Below are positions 63,395 through 64,000 of a stretch of DNA of 64,000 nt, piece by piece. Positions within the stretch are counted from its first letter, which is position 1. Each line of letters starts with the position of its first letter. Under the pieces are notes generated by a model, which saw nothing but the letters and a program-made list of their open reading frames with translations, did not search any database and was not told the origin of the DNA. The stretch is taken from NCBI GenBank assembly GCA_013115125.1, contig JABANN010000122.1:1-64000 (forward strand), in the 5' to 3' direction. A program made the position numbers and the translations under genes. The stretch comes from Perkinsus olseni. Its lineage: Eukaryota.

Positions 63395-64000
63395 GTATTG
63401 ACAAGCAGAGCAAAACAAGCTTAATCGATTGGACTGGGCATCTTATCGCACGTCATTGTTGTTATCATTTACGTCAGCCTGCCACCGTACATCCCCTCAT
63501 CACTATCCCTCCTCTCAGTGGTGATATGAGCTTGAGCTCAGAACGAAGGTATTGAGTATAGCCCCTTATCGAGGAGAAGGCTACGTACTACGATGATGGG
63601 TTGAGTGTAGAATCAGAGGACGCTGTCCGCGACCAACTAGTATAACACAAGACTAGCATCTCGAGAAGCCAGTGGTGAATTCGAGTAGTAGTAGTAGTAG
63701 TAGAAGAGGTAGGTAACTTCTCTCATCAATGTTAACGGTCATACTACCGCCGCCGCCGCCGCTGCAGCTGCTGGTGCGGGTTGTAAGTATACATCCGCCC
63801 CGAAAGGTGGCCAAGTCCACAACTCGTGAATGTACCAGCGTTTGAGGAACATCTGAGATAGCGTTTATAAATGGGCAGAAATGATGATGAGGATTACTGC
63901 TGTGGTGGCACAGTCCTCATCTTCTTGGTCTTCTATACATCTTCCTCCGGCTCAGAGTCATTGCTGACTAGAGCCTCTACCAACCTCTTAGCAGTGAATA

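Noticed and set aside
63500-64000. Possible 3' part of another minus-strand gene
   Set aside because: Reading frame and product could not be established from the fragment.

Overview
Gene-dense eukaryotic DNA with many short (about 40-60 nt) GT-AG introns. The gene content (apicomplexan-type PNP, DWDDT HAD protein) and intron style suggest a myzozoan alveolate such as Perkinsus; this is an inference. Housekeeping genes read by joining exons by eye: S10 carboxypeptidase, class II CPD photolyase, ATCase, RNase kappa-like protein, TMEM115, TIM23, ALG1, RPL18A, PNP, FkbM methyltransferase, ALG11, HAD protein, RAD1-like protein, UbiE/MenG methyltransferase and BCKDH E1-alpha, plus several hypothetical genes. 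Most notable: (1) a dispersed family of intronless secreted peptides of about 70 aa with invariant C-x4-C-x4-C-x6-C-x7-C-x-C spacing, divergent inter-cysteine residues and related minisatellites in the neighbouring 3' flanks; (2) a full U3 snoRNA plus an internally deleted mini-U3 37 kb away, sharing a positioned upstream element; (3) an ATCase of the bacterial fused PyrBI type that keeps only the zinc domain of the regulatory chain; (4) MYND-Aha1_N and AVL9-MORN domain fusions. Exon boundaries are manual and approximate. No database searches were run.
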